This document shows, piece by piece, positions 8,909-19,213 of a DNA stretch of 64,000 nt; the first letter of the stretch is position 1; each line of letters begins with the position of its first letter. The translations under genes and the position numbers were made by a program. This DNA is from an uncultured Chlamydiales bacterium (GTDB lineage Bacteria; Chlamydiota; Chlamydiia; Chlamydiales; Rhabdochlamydiaceae), in the NCBI GenBank assembly GCA_963700985.1, contig OY969554.1, forward strand, positions 96,001 to 160,000, given 5' to 3'. The notes below the pieces were generated by a model. It worked only from the letters and a program-made list of their open reading frames with translations, did not search any database and was not told the DNA's origin.

Positions 8909-11104
8909 TTATTTGGCAGTATAGATGAAGGTGCCATTCCATGAGGCTGGGGGCGGATTTTGCAAAAATTGGACACAGCGTGTATGTAAGGAGCGGCTTG
9001 GCAGGTCATGAAGCTGATCTTTGAGTAAATTCATAGCCTCGGTAAAAAGACGTTTGCGATAGGCGTGAAGAGCTTGTTCATACTTAGAGATGATTGTAGT
9101 CATTTCCAATTTTTCTCCCTTCTTGCCTATCAGTTCATACACTTTGATCTCTTCAGTCTCCCCCTTGAGTGTGACAAAGTCTAAGAGGCGGAAAATAAAG
9201 TCCTCTTGCGCTGATTTATAGATGCTTTCACTCACGAGAATAGAGGAACCGTAATACTTATTGAGGCTTTCTAGACGGGAAGCGACGTTGACTCCATTAC
9301 CTAAAGCAGTGAAGTTGAGTCGATCCGGCGCACCGAAGTACCCTACCATCACGCGATCTTTATGTAGACCAAAGCGCGTTTCAAAACGGGGCAGCCCCTG
9401 CCACTCAGGGGATGCGAATAATTCCTGGAGTGCTGTTGTACAATCGAGTGTAGCTTGGCAAGCGATTTGAGCATGATTCGTTAGCGGAGTCGGGGTATTC
9501 CACAGAGCCATAATCCCATCGCCGATGTATTTGTCTATGATACCGTGCCTACGGTTTTGGATGACTTGTGTCATGACCTTGAGATACCCCCCAAGTGCAG
9601 TGGCAAGTTCGTTGACAGGAAGCTTTTCGGCAAGAGAAGTGAAATTCTGGATATCTGTGAAGAGTATGGAGATCTCCTGGACTTCTCCGCCAAGAACAGG
9701 GTCTTTCTGCGACTGGAAAAGTTGTTTCACTAATTCTATGGGGACATACTTGCTCATGGCCCGCATCGCAGTCTTTGCGAGCTCAAGATCTGAGAGGATG
9801 GTGTAGACATCTTTGAAAATGGAGCGAGGCTGAGACGCTTTGAAGTCAAAATTGTGCATCTTCAACGTTTCATCGATGATCTTTTGTTGTTCCCTTTTAA
9901 GAGAGCGCTGCACAATGAATCCACCGAGGCAGATAAAGCAGATGATGCCGCCTGTAATGAGGAGAAGGTGTTTTTGCGTCTCTTGAAGGGTACCGACGTA
10001 GTAAGACTGGGGAACGACGATGCCTAGGATCCAGTCCTGAGAGTTCTCAATCTCTCTATAAGTAAGAAGATAGGTTTTATGCTGGTAGTCGAATTGTCCG
10101 GATTGCAAAGGATCAGCTTCAGAGACTAAGTTAAGAGCGGGATTTTTTAAGGCTATCTGTACTTGCTCGGGGGCATTTGTCGAAGAGAAACGGAGATTGC
10201 CTTCAATCGGACGGAGAATATCTTTATCACTTAGACGCGTGATGAGTTCCCCAGAACTATCCGCAATAAAAATAAGGTGAGGGTCTTTCGGATCATTAGG
10301 AATGAGTTTGAAGTGGCTAATCTGTTCAATCTGCCTGTAAAAGAGGCCGACTCGCAACACACCCAGGAAGTTGCCTTTGGAATCTGTGACTGCGCGTTGC
10401 ACGCTCACTTCCACCCTTCGCAGTGTTTCGGGCAGGTCCTTGTCAATTTGAGACCAGTGTAGATCGCTCCAGAGGCTTTTACCGTTATACTGCTTATTTG
10501 CCGGAGTAATGAAGGTCGAGTATGTAGTAGGATCGGCAGCTGATTTCGTTGGCCCTTGGATAAAAGGAATGCCAAATAGATCGTTTCGCGCCGAACGCGA
10601 CCGCTGCTCTGAGAGCCACTGACCATCTTTCTGATAAATAGAGAGTGTGTCTATGGGGGCAGAATCTTGGCTTGATCCTCTAAAAAGACTCAGCTCTCCT
10701 CGTCCTGTGGGGGCGAGGAGGATATTGCCATCAGCATCATATCCGATTTTTTCTCCGTAAGTAAGGGAGACCTCTGAGAGGTTGTCGTTCTTAAGCATCG
10801 CCGTAAAGAGGAAGGTTTCAAGTGAGATAGGATCTTTGGGATTAAAGACTTCGTGGTTTATCTCCGACTGGAAACCATCTTCGACTTCCTGCAATTGGTT
10901 AAGATAGAGCGTGACTTTTTCTGCAAATTCACGGCTTGCAGCAGCACGCAGGTGATCGGAAGCCTGGATCACAGAGGCTTGTGAAGCATGAAGAAACAGA
11001 TAAAAGAGAAGGCCGAGCAGGACAACAAGCCCAATAAGACTGATGCCAAAGAGATAAGCGAGCGTTATCCGGATTTTTTTATATTCAAACATCTCTTGTA
11101 ACAT
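8909..11104 (-). CDS. Membrane-anchored class III adenylate/guanylate cyclase with Cache-like extracytoplasmic sensor
   Basis: Two TM segments flank a roughly 330-aa domain. ILFTDIQNFT, DKYIGDGIMA and VNVASRLE motifs. Lys/Thr specificity residues favour ATP. Confidence 0.9.
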   Translation of the reverse strand: MLQEMFEYKKIRITLAYLFGISLIGLVVLLGLLFYLFLHASQASVIQASDHLRAAASREFAEKVTLYLNQLQEVEDGFQSEINHEVFNPKDPISLETFLFTAMLKNDNLSEVSLTYGEKIGYDADGNILLAPTGRGELSLFRGSSQDSAPIDTLSIYQKDGQWLSEQRSRSARNDLFGIPFIQGPTKSAADPTTYSTFITPANKQYNGKSLWSDLHWSQIDKDLPETLRRVEVSVQRAVTDSKGNFLGVLRVGLFYRQIEQISHFKLIPNDPKDPHLIFIADSSGELITRLSDKDILRPIEGNLRFSSTNAPEQVQIALKNPALNLVSEADPLQSGQFDYQHKTYLLTYREIENSQDWILGIVVPQSYYVGTLQETQKHLLLITGGIICFICLGGFIVQRSLKREQQKIIDETLKMHNFDFKASQPRSIFKDVYTILSDLELAKTAMRAMSKYVPIELVKQLFQSQKDPVLGGEVQEISILFTDIQNFTSLAEKLPVNELATALGGYLKVMTQVIQNRRHGIIDKYIGDGIMALWNTPTPLTNHAQIACQATLDCTTALQELFASPEWQGLPRFETRFGLHKDRVMVGYFGAPDRLNFTALGNGVNVASRLESLNKYYGSSILVSESIYKSAQEDFIFRLLDFVTLKGETEEIKVYELIGKKGEKLEMTTIISKYEQALHAYRKRLFTEAMNLLKDQLHDLPSRSLHTRCVQFLQNPPPASWNGTFIYTAK

Positions 11105-11201
11105 ATAATTAATAATAAGTTTCCTGCCAAGAGATGAAGCAGTTAGCTGAGTTTTTACAGCTTCTCAAATCCTTAAAAGTGCCTAGCTTGAGAGCAGTCT
11201 C

Positions 11202-12359
11202 TTAGAAGGTGAATGCTCCGCGGAATGTGCAGGATTCATTTCCGAATATCTTGATGTGTGGATGCCTGTATTTCCAGGGGTGGATAGTTGACAAATCAAT
11301 CAAACAACAACCCTCAAAACGCACTTCTTTCAATGATCGATGAGGAGCGATTGAGCGCACATATTCCACTTGTTTCAGGGTTAACTCAGCAGGCGTCATT
11401 TCAGGTGTTTTCCAAGGCTGAAATAAAATTGAATCGTAAAAAGCTCCAAATTTAAATCCTAGCACATCGATGGAGAGACCAGAATGTGACTCTTTGAAAC
11501 GCAGATATTTTAGCCTGGGCATTTCTAGCAGAGCTTTGAAGTCCACAAGCGGATATACCATGGTTCCGCCAAATGGTGAATACGTAGAGGAGCGTTCTTT
11601 TACCAGCGTAAGGTTTGTGAGATTGGGGAAATCAGTTGAGAGTTTTGTTACGTATGCTGCACTGAGCGTATCTCTCAAAGAAAATGTCAGCGTTTTTACG
11701 CTGGGTGTAGCAATGCCCGGTGAATTGAAAATGTGGAGGCTTGAACCACTATAAATTGGCAGATTTTTAAATGGGGGCAATGGAAGTGTTAGGTCGGTGA
11801 TCTTCAAGGTTGTTGCAGCAAATGCTTCTGAGAGAGCTTGTAAGGTTTCAGGATGCAGCGTTCCCTCGAAGGATAGGGTCGTAAGATTCAATATAGGTAA
11901 AGCGCGCATCAAATTTTCTGAAATCATAGAAAAAGGATAGATCGGAGGGGTAGCTGAAAAATGGAATGCTCGAAGCCTAGGATTAAGTTGGTAGTAGAGC
12001 TGAACTCGATCTATGATTCTTTGTGGGGTAATGTCACCTTCCTGGCTCCTAAGACACTCAATGACTTCGACGTTGGACAGGGAACGACGCATTTTAGACC
12101 AGAGTTTAGATACTCCGAAGGCGAGGAGAGTGCTCTTAGGGTCTAAATATTCAAAAACATGTGCAATTAAATCAGAAGTGACGAGGAAATCCCTAGGGAC
12201 TGTTGGCGTGCTTGCGGAGCGCGCAATTGGATTATTTCTGCTTTTCTTTGAATAAGGATCTTTATCTATTGAGGCTGCAGATCCTGAGCCAGAACCGCCA
12301 GAGATGTCGAGTGTAGAACCCGTATATACGAAAGGCGATGAACTGATTGGCGCTGCCAT
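11202..12359 (-). CDS. F-box-like / LRR-like hypothetical protein (candidate effector)
   Basis: Ser/Gly-rich N-terminus, LIAHVFEYLD...VSKLW F-box pattern, and FPNLTNLTL / MPRLKYLRF repeats. Confidence 0.65.
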   Translation of the reverse strand: MAAPISSSPFVYTGSTLDISGGSGSGSAASIDKDPYSKKSRNNPIARSASTPTVPRDFLVTSDLIAHVFEYLDPKSTLLAFGVSKLWSKMRRSLSNVEVIECLRSQEGDITPQRIIDRVQLYYQLNPRLRAFHFSATPPIYPFSMISENLMRALPILNLTTLSFEGTLHPETLQALSEAFAATTLKITDLTLPLPPFKNLPIYSGSSLHIFNSPGIATPSVKTLTFSLRDTLSAAYVTKLSTDFPNLTNLTLVKERSSTYSPFGGTMVYPLVDFKALLEMPRLKYLRFKESHSGLSIDVLGFKFGAFYDSILFQPWKTPEMTPAELTLKQVEYVRSIAPHRSLKEVRFEGCCLIDLSTIHPWKYRHPHIKIFGNESCTFRGAFTF

Positions 12360-12452
12360 AAAAACTCCTTATTTCTGGAGGATTATAGCGAGTTTTATAG
12401 ATAACTTAAATGAGTAAACTAAAATATATTAATGGTAATTATTTAAGTTAAT

Positions 12453-12749
12453 CTAGCTGCGTAAATAGGCATTAAGAGAGACCTGCTCAACGGCATTGTC
12501 GGGAGACATGCCTTGAGCTTTAAAGTATTGCAATGCAGCATCTTTTTGCGCCGGTGAGAAACGGTTGAAACGTTTGCGGTGATAGTCGCTGAGCATAGGC
12601 ATAAAATCGCTTTCTGTAAGTGGTTTCACAGCTTCCTGTCTTTTCACTTCTCCGCCGGCTGGAGTCCAGTGGGGGCGGTGACCTGCAAATGCGGCAGAAG
12701 ATGTAGAGAGCGTTGCGATAAACAGCATGCCAGTGAGAAGAGATTTCAT
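12453..12749 (-). CDS. Small secreted hypothetical protein
   Basis: MKSLLTGMLFIATLSTSSAAFA signal peptide; GAGG upstream of ATG 12749. Confidence 0.65.
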   Translation of the reverse strand: MKSLLTGMLFIATLSTSSAAFAGHRPHWTPAGGEVKRQEAVKPLTESDFMPMLSDYHRKRFNRFSPAQKDAALQYFKAQGMSPDNAVEQVSLNAYLRS

Positions 12750-12905
12750 ATTAGGCCTCAGGGTATTAGCTTGGATGTTAAGATAAGAGGCAGATTTTTG
12801 CAACATACTGAGAGATCGTCCTTATCTGGATGAGAAGTTGGGCTCGTATTTTTGGTACAAGCATGGTAACATAGCTCCTTCTAATCTCCTACAAAAGGAG
12901 GAAAC

Positions 12906-15900
12906 GTGTCTTCACCTTCCACCCCTATCTCTGCGTCGCAACACTTTGCGTTTGAGAGACCAGGTATAGGCCTACCACGAACGCTTTCAATTTCCTCTAT
13001 TCCCGATACATCTGATAAACAGCACGTCGAAACCCAGAATGGCCTCGAACTATCTATGCCCGATGAGGAGTTTGATGGAGTACCCAAGTCACCTCTGAGC
13101 GCGCACGCGGTTTTGGGCATATCAGACATGCCTTCACTTGCCTCTACTTCCAATAGATCTGATACACTGCGTATTAGAATCCGTAACGCAGCCGAGCAGC
13201 GGAACAAAAAGTTGGCAGCCCTTGATGGGTTTGAAAACCCTGATGAGTTTGATGAATTATCTAAGACACCTCCGAGGGCGAGAAATAAAAGATCAGCACT
13301 TTGTGAAATTCTTGATGGACTTACCGCCATTGATCCGTTAGATGGAGGACCCATATTACCTGGGCTCCAGATCCCTCCACATCGAGAGTCTACATATTCC
13401 GCGTCTGACTATGATTTCACGAGGGCTTCCACCCCCCTAATGATGCCTACGAGCCCAAAAATGGCTGATGCGGCAGCTATCGATGAACACGAACGAAATG
13501 TGTTAACCCGATTAGCGAATCAGCAGAGCGAAAAACTGGCAGAGTCAAACTTGCCCACGCCTGAAAGACAAACTCTGCTTGCCATAACCGATGACGTACT
13601 CGAGCTTTCCCCTACACCCCAGATCCCTCTATGCTCAGCGACTGAGTCTCTACGCATCAGGAGTACTATCGAAGCTCGAGCTGCTGTGGCAGCTGTCGAT
13701 GAACAGGGACAAACTGTGCTCCATCGAGCAGCGAAAGAAGGCCAAATAGACACATTAGAGCGGCTTTCGAAAGACGACGTTATTCTTTTAATGTGGAAAG
13801 ACAAGCATGGCAACACACCTCTTCTTTCTGCAGCATTAGAAGGGCAGTGCGTTGCATGCAAAATTTTGCTTGCAGCTGGCTCCTTTCCTACAATGGGAAA
13901 TGCACGCCGCTGGAATGCACTGCATTGTGCTGCATCAAGCAAAAATTCCGAGGTAGTGGAGCTATTTGCAGACAACGCTGCTCTTCGCGAAGAGAAAGAT
14001 ATCGATGGGCGCACACCCCTGATTATAGCAACTTTGTGTGGGCATCACGCCGCGTGCAAAATTTTGCTCGCAGCTGGCGCCGATCCTAAAGCAACAGACC
14101 GGGATGGCCATGATGCGCTGTATTGGGCTAAAGACCAAGGGCGTTGGGCTAAAGACGTAGGATATAAAATAATAGAACAACTACTAACTGCAAAGCTTGA
14201 CGAAGAGGCTGCAAAGTTGCTCGAAATACATGCTGCAAGAGAAAAACTTCTTACTGCAATGCGGAGAGGTGCATCTATGCTACCTCCCCACCTTCAGGTA
14301 GCCATCCCTGCTTCCGAAAAATCTGAAACTCCTGTCTTTCAGGTGCAGAGAGGTGGGCCTCTACCTTGGCCACCTGTAAAAATCCATGAGTGGAGAGATA
14401 AGGATGACAACACGCCTCTTCTTTCTGCAGCATTAGGAGGACAGCAAACCGCGTGTGAAACTTTGCTTGCAGCAGGTGCTGATCTTCAAAAGGTGAACGC
14501 ACGCGGCTGGAATGCTCTGCATTGCGCCGTATCAAGCAAAAATTCCGAGGTAGTGCGGCTATTTGCAGGTAACGTTACTCTTCGTGAAGGGAAAGATATC
14601 GATGGACGTACGCCTCTGATTATAGCAGCTATAGGTGGGCATCACGTCACGTGTAAAATTTTGCTTGAAGCTGGCGCTGATTTTAAAGCAGCAGACCGGA
14701 AGGGCCTAGATGCACTGTATTGGGTTAAATACTATGGGTGTTTGAATCTAGACGAAGGATATAAAATAGCAGAACAACTATTAACTGCGAGGCTTCACAA
14801 AAAGACTACAAGCTTACACGAAGTGAGCAATGCAAAAGAAAAACTCTTCGAGCAGGAACGTGCATCTATGCTAACTCCAGGTCCTGCACCCTTCCCAGCT
14901 TCCAAAAAACCAGAAACCTATATCTTTCAAGAGCAAAGAGTTAGATATCAAGTACCAGGAGATCCAGTACCTTTAAGATCCCATCAGATGGAGGTGCCTT
15001 TTCCTGAATTCTTCCCAGTTCCTCAAAAAGAGGTAGCCGTCGATGAACACGGAAGAAATGCTCTTCACCGAGCGGCGCTAGAAGGGCAAACAGAAACAAT
15101 AAAGCAGCCACCTGCGCAGCTCCATGAGTTACCTAGAGGGCCATTCTACAGTAAGCAGTTCGCTCCAGTTCATCCTGCATCTGTTCCAGCTCCCAAAAAA
15201 CCACACATTCCTTTCTCTCAAGCAGAGTTATTTGAGTCCCAACATTCGCCACCTGTACAGTTCCAGGAGTTACCTGGAGGGCCGAAGATTACAGTCATCA
15301 GGAGTCAGTTTGCTCCAGTCCATCCTGCATCCGTTCCAGCTCCCAAAGAGCCAGAAACTCCTGTTTCTCAAACACAGTGGCTTTATCCACGTCAATCATG
15401 GGTTAGCGACCAACACCAACCTTGGCTACCTGCACAACTCCATGAGTTACCTAGAGTGCATAATGCATCTACGCTCGCTCCTCAAGAAGGGGTACCTGTC
15501 GATGAAAACGGAAGAACAGTTCTTCACGCAGCGGCGATAGATGGGGACACAGGCGTAATAGAGCGGTATTCGCAAAATAAAGCTCTTCTTGAGGTAAGAG
15601 ATATAGAAAATTTTACACCTCTGCTTTGCGCAGCATTTTTGGGGAATTACTCCGCTTGTAAAACCCTGCTTAAAGTTGGTGCCGACCCCTTGGCAATAGG
15701 CGGAAACCGTCTGAATGCACTACATTGTGCTGCATCAAGCGAAAATAGCGAAGTAGTGCGTCTGCTTGTAGGTTATGCAACTCTCCTTGAAGCAAAAGAT
15801 ATTGGTGGGCGTACACCCTTGATTGTGGCGGCTAGATGTGGACGACTAGGTGCATGCAAAATTTTGCTTGAAGCTGGCGCCGATCCAAAAGCAACAGATA

Positions 15901-17390
15901 GAGAGCATCGAGATGCATTGTCCTGGGCTAAACATGAAAAACATATAGAGATAGAAATTCTATTAGCTAGAAAGCTTCGCGAAGCAAAAGATAAAAAAGA
16001 AGACGGATCTTGTTCTGTTCCTAGAGATACGGGACCTGTATTCGTCTTTAAGCCACAAACTCCAGCTGTTCCCGCATCTGCCTCAACTTTCAAAAGACCA
16101 GAAGCTTCTGCTCCTGCAAAAGCAGCACAAGACGCTCAGCTCCATCCTGAGGAGCTACTTAAGATGCAGGCGGCACTACTTAGCCGGATGACAAAAGTCG
16201 AGAGCACCATTGCACCCATTAAAGGTAGAGAAGCATCGCTTGATGGTGTGCTTACCGATCGCGAAATCCGTGAACGCGATCGACAAGAGATTCAGCGCAT
16301 TCTTAGCAATCCTGCGCTCAGCGATTATTATCATGCCTTTCAGATGATTCTCAATCACACTGTGTATGGATGCTTTGTAGCCCATGGCAAAATCATGGGA
16401 GGAGCAAAGACTACCACTGCCACGACAAAACTCGATACTGCTGCAGATATAGCTACCTTGGTTGGCCAAGAAGCCCCCTTTGGGATTTTTGCAAAGGTTC
16501 TCACAAGCGGTTTAACTGGTTACGATACGCTAAAAAAGAAAGAAGCTGTGAACAACGCTGCCGCTTTTTTTATCAATCAGACCAAATGTGACGAAGTGTG
16601 TGAGCTAGTAGCTCTAAAACTAACCATCCCTCAGGCCAGCATAATTTGCACCCTTCCCGCTAGCGTTCACACCGGATTTATGGCTAAAAAGTTCGAACAG
16701 TTGAAACGTTTGAGCAAAACGCTCATAAAAAATGACATCAACACGCCGGGTAAGGAGCTGGCTGAAAAACACGCAGAATGGTTTTTAAAAGGCATCATGA
16801 CTACCAGCATCACCGGCAGAGCCCGACCTGAACGCGTAACAGAATTCGTCGACTTCATTCTGCAGAAAAGAGTAACGCCTTCCCTCAAGCCTGTATCCGC
16901 TCCGGTTCCACCAAGTAAACCAACGGCCTCTGGTACTCCATCTAGTCAGGTAAACGATCTAGATCGCTTGCAAGAAGAGATAAGATCTCTACGAGAAGCT
17001 CAAAAGCTTAGCGAAAAACAGCATGCTCAAGATCTTGCAAAGCTGAAAGAAGAGAGTGAGCGGAGTGAGAGAGCGCGCAAGCGTGAGATGGACCAGCTGA
17101 GAAGAATGCTTCCTCCAGACGAGGATCCCTTCCAATCCGCCGGCAGTGGCGGCGAGCAGGATCAATTGCTGGCTTCGGCAGCTGCAGCACGTCCTGGAAA
17201 ATATGGCCTTCCACAACAGCAAGCTGCACATAGACTTGCTGCGGTGGAAGAGCAGATTGGGCGCTTAACTAAAAATCAAGCTGTCTGGGATGAGGAGCGG
17301 GGAAGCGCTGCTCATCCTTCCAAGGTAGAAAGAAAAATAGCACCGAAAAGCGGCTCAATATTGAGCAGGTTGTTTCACAAAAAGGCTTGA
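12906..17390 (+). CDS. Large ankyrin-repeat protein with Pro-rich linkers and C-terminal coiled coil (candidate effector)
   Basis: Three blocks of G.TPL..A / NALHCAA / LL.AGAD ankyrin repeats. AGGAGG SD before GTG. Confidence 0.9.
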   Translation: MSSPSTPISASQHFAFERPGIGLPRTLSISSIPDTSDKQHVETQNGLELSMPDEEFDGVPKSPLSAHAVLGISDMPSLASTSNRSDTLRIRIRNAAEQRNKKLAALDGFENPDEFDELSKTPPRARNKRSALCEILDGLTAIDPLDGGPILPGLQIPPHRESTYSASDYDFTRASTPLMMPTSPKMADAAAIDEHERNVLTRLANQQSEKLAESNLPTPERQTLLAITDDVLELSPTPQIPLCSATESLRIRSTIEARAAVAAVDEQGQTVLHRAAKEGQIDTLERLSKDDVILLMWKDKHGNTPLLSAALEGQCVACKILLAAGSFPTMGNARRWNALHCAASSKNSEVVELFADNAALREEKDIDGRTPLIIATLCGHHAACKILLAAGADPKATDRDGHDALYWAKDQGRWAKDVGYKIIEQLLTAKLDEEAAKLLEIHAAREKLLTAMRRGASMLPPHLQVAIPASEKSETPVFQVQRGGPLPWPPVKIHEWRDKDDNTPLLSAALGGQQTACETLLAAGADLQKVNARGWNALHCAVSSKNSEVVRLFAGNVTLREGKDIDGRTPLIIAAIGGHHVTCKILLEAGADFKAADRKGLDALYWVKYYGCLNLDEGYKIAEQLLTARLHKKTTSLHEVSNAKEKLFEQERASMLTPGPAPFPASKKPETYIFQEQRVRYQVPGDPVPLRSHQMEVPFPEFFPVPQKEVAVDEHGRNALHRAALEGQTETIKQPPAQLHELPRGPFYSKQFAPVHPASVPAPKKPHIPFSQAELFESQHSPPVQFQELPGGPKITVIRSQFAPVHPASVPAPKEPETPVSQTQWLYPRQSWVSDQHQPWLPAQLHELPRVHNASTLAPQEGVPVDENGRTVLHAAAIDGDTGVIERYSQNKALLEVRDIENFTPLLCAAFLGNYSACKTLLKVGADPLAIGGNRLNALHCAASSENSEVVRLLVGYATLLEAKDIGGRTPLIVAARCGRLGACKILLEAGADPKATDREHRDALSWAKHEKHIEIEILLARKLREAKDKKEDGSCSVPRDTGPVFVFKPQTPAVPASASTFKRPEASAPAKAAQDAQLHPEELLKMQAALLSRMTKVESTIAPIKGREASLDGVLTDREIRERDRQEIQRILSNPALSDYYHAFQMILNHTVYGCFVAHGKIMGGAKTTTATTKLDTAADIATLVGQEAPFGIFAKVLTSGLTGYDTLKKKEAVNNAAAFFINQTKCDEVCELVALKLTIPQASIICTLPASVHTGFMAKKFEQLKRLSKTLIKNDINTPGKELAEKHAEWFLKGIMTTSITGRARPERVTEFVDFILQKRVTPSLKPVSAPVPPSKPTASGTPSSQVNDLDRLQEEIRSLREAQKLSEKQHAQDLAKLKEESERSERARKREMDQLRRMLPPDEDPFQSAGSGGEQDQLLASAAAARPGKYGLPQQQAAHRLAAVEEQIGRLTKNQAVWDEERGSAAHPSKVERKIAPKSGSILSRLFHKKA

Positions 17391-17414
17391 GAAGCTGTGC
17401 TTTAAAAACAGTCT

Positions 17415-18332
17415 CTAAGGGATCCAGCTGCCATCCCAATAATGGATGGCAAAAGATTCATCTTGCGCCCAGGTGTGTTTGATCGCTCCTCCATAGGTGC
17501 CGTTGCGCTCGCACGCTGGCAATGGATAAAAATAGGTGGAGGGCAATGCGACATTTTTATGCGCAGTATCGTCGAGGAAGCTGAAGAAGATGCGCGTGAT
17601 GAGCAAGGGTCCTGTGCGCAGCTGAATCAGATCGCAATCGTCTCGTGGGCCATCGCCAGAAATAGAGTTGATGCACGCCCTGATCATTGGATGACCGGCT
17701 GAGCAGGCGATCAAGGCATTAGACATGCGCGGAGATTGAAAGCGTCGTTCGATGCTTTCCAAACCGATGTAGAAATCGCAGAGTTTATGCAAGGCATCGA
17801 AGGCTCGTAGGCATTCGAAATCTGTATCGACATATAACCCACCAAACTGATTGAGAATTTCATAGCGTAGGATATCAGCTTTTTCACCCCAGTTGACGGC
17901 GCTGTCAAATAGCGCTTGATTTTGCATTTTAAAATTTTTGATGCTCTCATCTGTCCAGAGGCGGTATTCCCAATCAGGGTGGTATAGCTTCCAGCTCGTT
18001 TGGATCGCTTTGTATTTCTCGGGTAGGGGGCTGCCTAGCCAGATCTGGTGGATGATTTTAGGGATGCGGTATGACTCAGATGGAGCTGCTTTTAGAATAT
18101 GTTGCTGGTAGAGTTCTTTAATTTTTTTCCAGCGCGCATCTTTGCGCAATTTTTTGCTGAGAATTTTAGGAATGTGTGAAGGATCGCGTTTAGCCATGCT
18201 CGCTTCGAAAGGAATAAAGCGTTCTTGAGCAAGCCAAGCACTTTTTTTAGAGCTCTGCGAAAAAAAGAAAAAGGAAAATAAGCCGCTGATGCAAAAGAGC
18301 AAAAGCGCAATAGTCAGCGGCTTTCTAATCAT
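17415..18332 (-). CDS. Glycosyltransferase, DXD sugar-binding / GT32-like
   Basis: IPKIIHQIWLG, ADILRYEIL..FGGLYVDTD, TGP and AIHYW motifs; N-terminal membrane anchor. Confidence 0.9.
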   Translation of the reverse strand: MIRKPLTIALLLFCISGLFSFFFFSQSSKKSAWLAQERFIPFEASMAKRDPSHIPKILSKKLRKDARWKKIKELYQQHILKAAPSESYRIPKIIHQIWLGSPLPEKYKAIQTSWKLYHPDWEYRLWTDESIKNFKMQNQALFDSAVNWGEKADILRYEILNQFGGLYVDTDFECLRAFDALHKLCDFYIGLESIERRFQSPRMSNALIACSAGHPMIRACINSISGDGPRDDCDLIQLRTGPLLITRIFFSFLDDTAHKNVALPSTYFYPLPACERNGTYGGAIKHTWAQDESFAIHYWDGSWIP

Positions 18333-18335
18333 GAA

Positions 18336-19133
18336 TTAGTTTTTTTTATCGCTTGAAATAAGACCGCGAATTTCTGCTTGCAAAAGAGCAAAAGCCAGAA
18401 AAGGATCGCGCAGTGCAACGTTCTCGCGTACGCCTTCTTTGTTTACATAGACGAGATAGCCGAGCTGAAAGCCCTTTTTGATCTCATCAAGAGAAAAGGC
18501 TTCAATTCCAGCAATTGCTTCAGAATCCTCAGGAGTCGGCTCTTCTTGTTTGAATACGCGTGCCATAAAAATTGGCGCAATTGTGTTGGTTAGACCAGAG
18601 TCGACGGCTACTTCACCTAACTTAAAAAGTTGATCGATGAGCATGCCAGTTTCTTCTCTAACTTCGCGCTTTGCAGCATCCTCGATATTTTCATTTGGAT
18701 TGGTAGCGCCACGTGGGAGCTCATATTCCCAAGAGCGGGTGGCGTGACGAAAGTTGCGGTTAAGGGCGATTTTGCCATTGGCAAGGATGGGCATTACGGC
18801 CACGCCGGCTGGTCCATTTAATGAACTCTGCCACACAATTCGGCCATAAACGCCTTCTGCACCGCAGGGAAATCTCACTGCATCATTGATCCAGATCCAG
18901 TATTTGTCTTGGGCTACGATGCCCACTTTGCGGCCTGTGCTTTTTTCAAGCGCTTGCATTTTGATTGGATCGAGAAGGATCTCGATGTCACCCTCAGAGG
19001 ATTTACCCATGGGGCCAAGCGTTTTAGGATATTTTTGTAAAAGATTGAGATAGCTTTGTGTGGCTGTTTGACTCTCACTTGCTAGGCAGATGCTTGCTGA
19101 ACCGATCAAAATTGAAATTAAAAGTGCGCGCAT
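18336..19133 (-). CDS. NUDIX hydrolase (ADP-ribose pyrophosphatase-like) with signal peptide
   Basis: ELPRG...EDAAKREVREETG Nudix box; hydrophobic N-terminus. Confidence 0.88.
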   Translation of the reverse strand: MRALLISILIGSASICLASESQTATQSYLNLLQKYPKTLGPMGKSSEGDIEILLDPIKMQALEKSTGRKVGIVAQDKYWIWINDAVRFPCGAEGVYGRIVWQSSLNGPAGVAVMPILANGKIALNRNFRHATRSWEYELPRGATNPNENIEDAAKREVREETGMLIDQLFKLGEVAVDSGLTNTIAPIFMARVFKQEEPTPEDSEAIAGIEAFSLDEIKKGFQLGYLVYVNKEGVRENVALRDPFLAFALLQAEIRGLISSDKKN

Positions 19134-19213
19134 GACTACTCCTGTGATAAATTCGCAACAGATTAACGAAATTCATAATATTTTGTCTAAAAGAGTTGGG
19201 AGATGTAGATTTT

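Noticed and set aside
13700-15960. Long DNA direct repeats as possible CRISPR or mobile element
   Set aside because: They are in-frame ankyrin and Pro-rich coding duplications. No cas genes or constant-length spacers.
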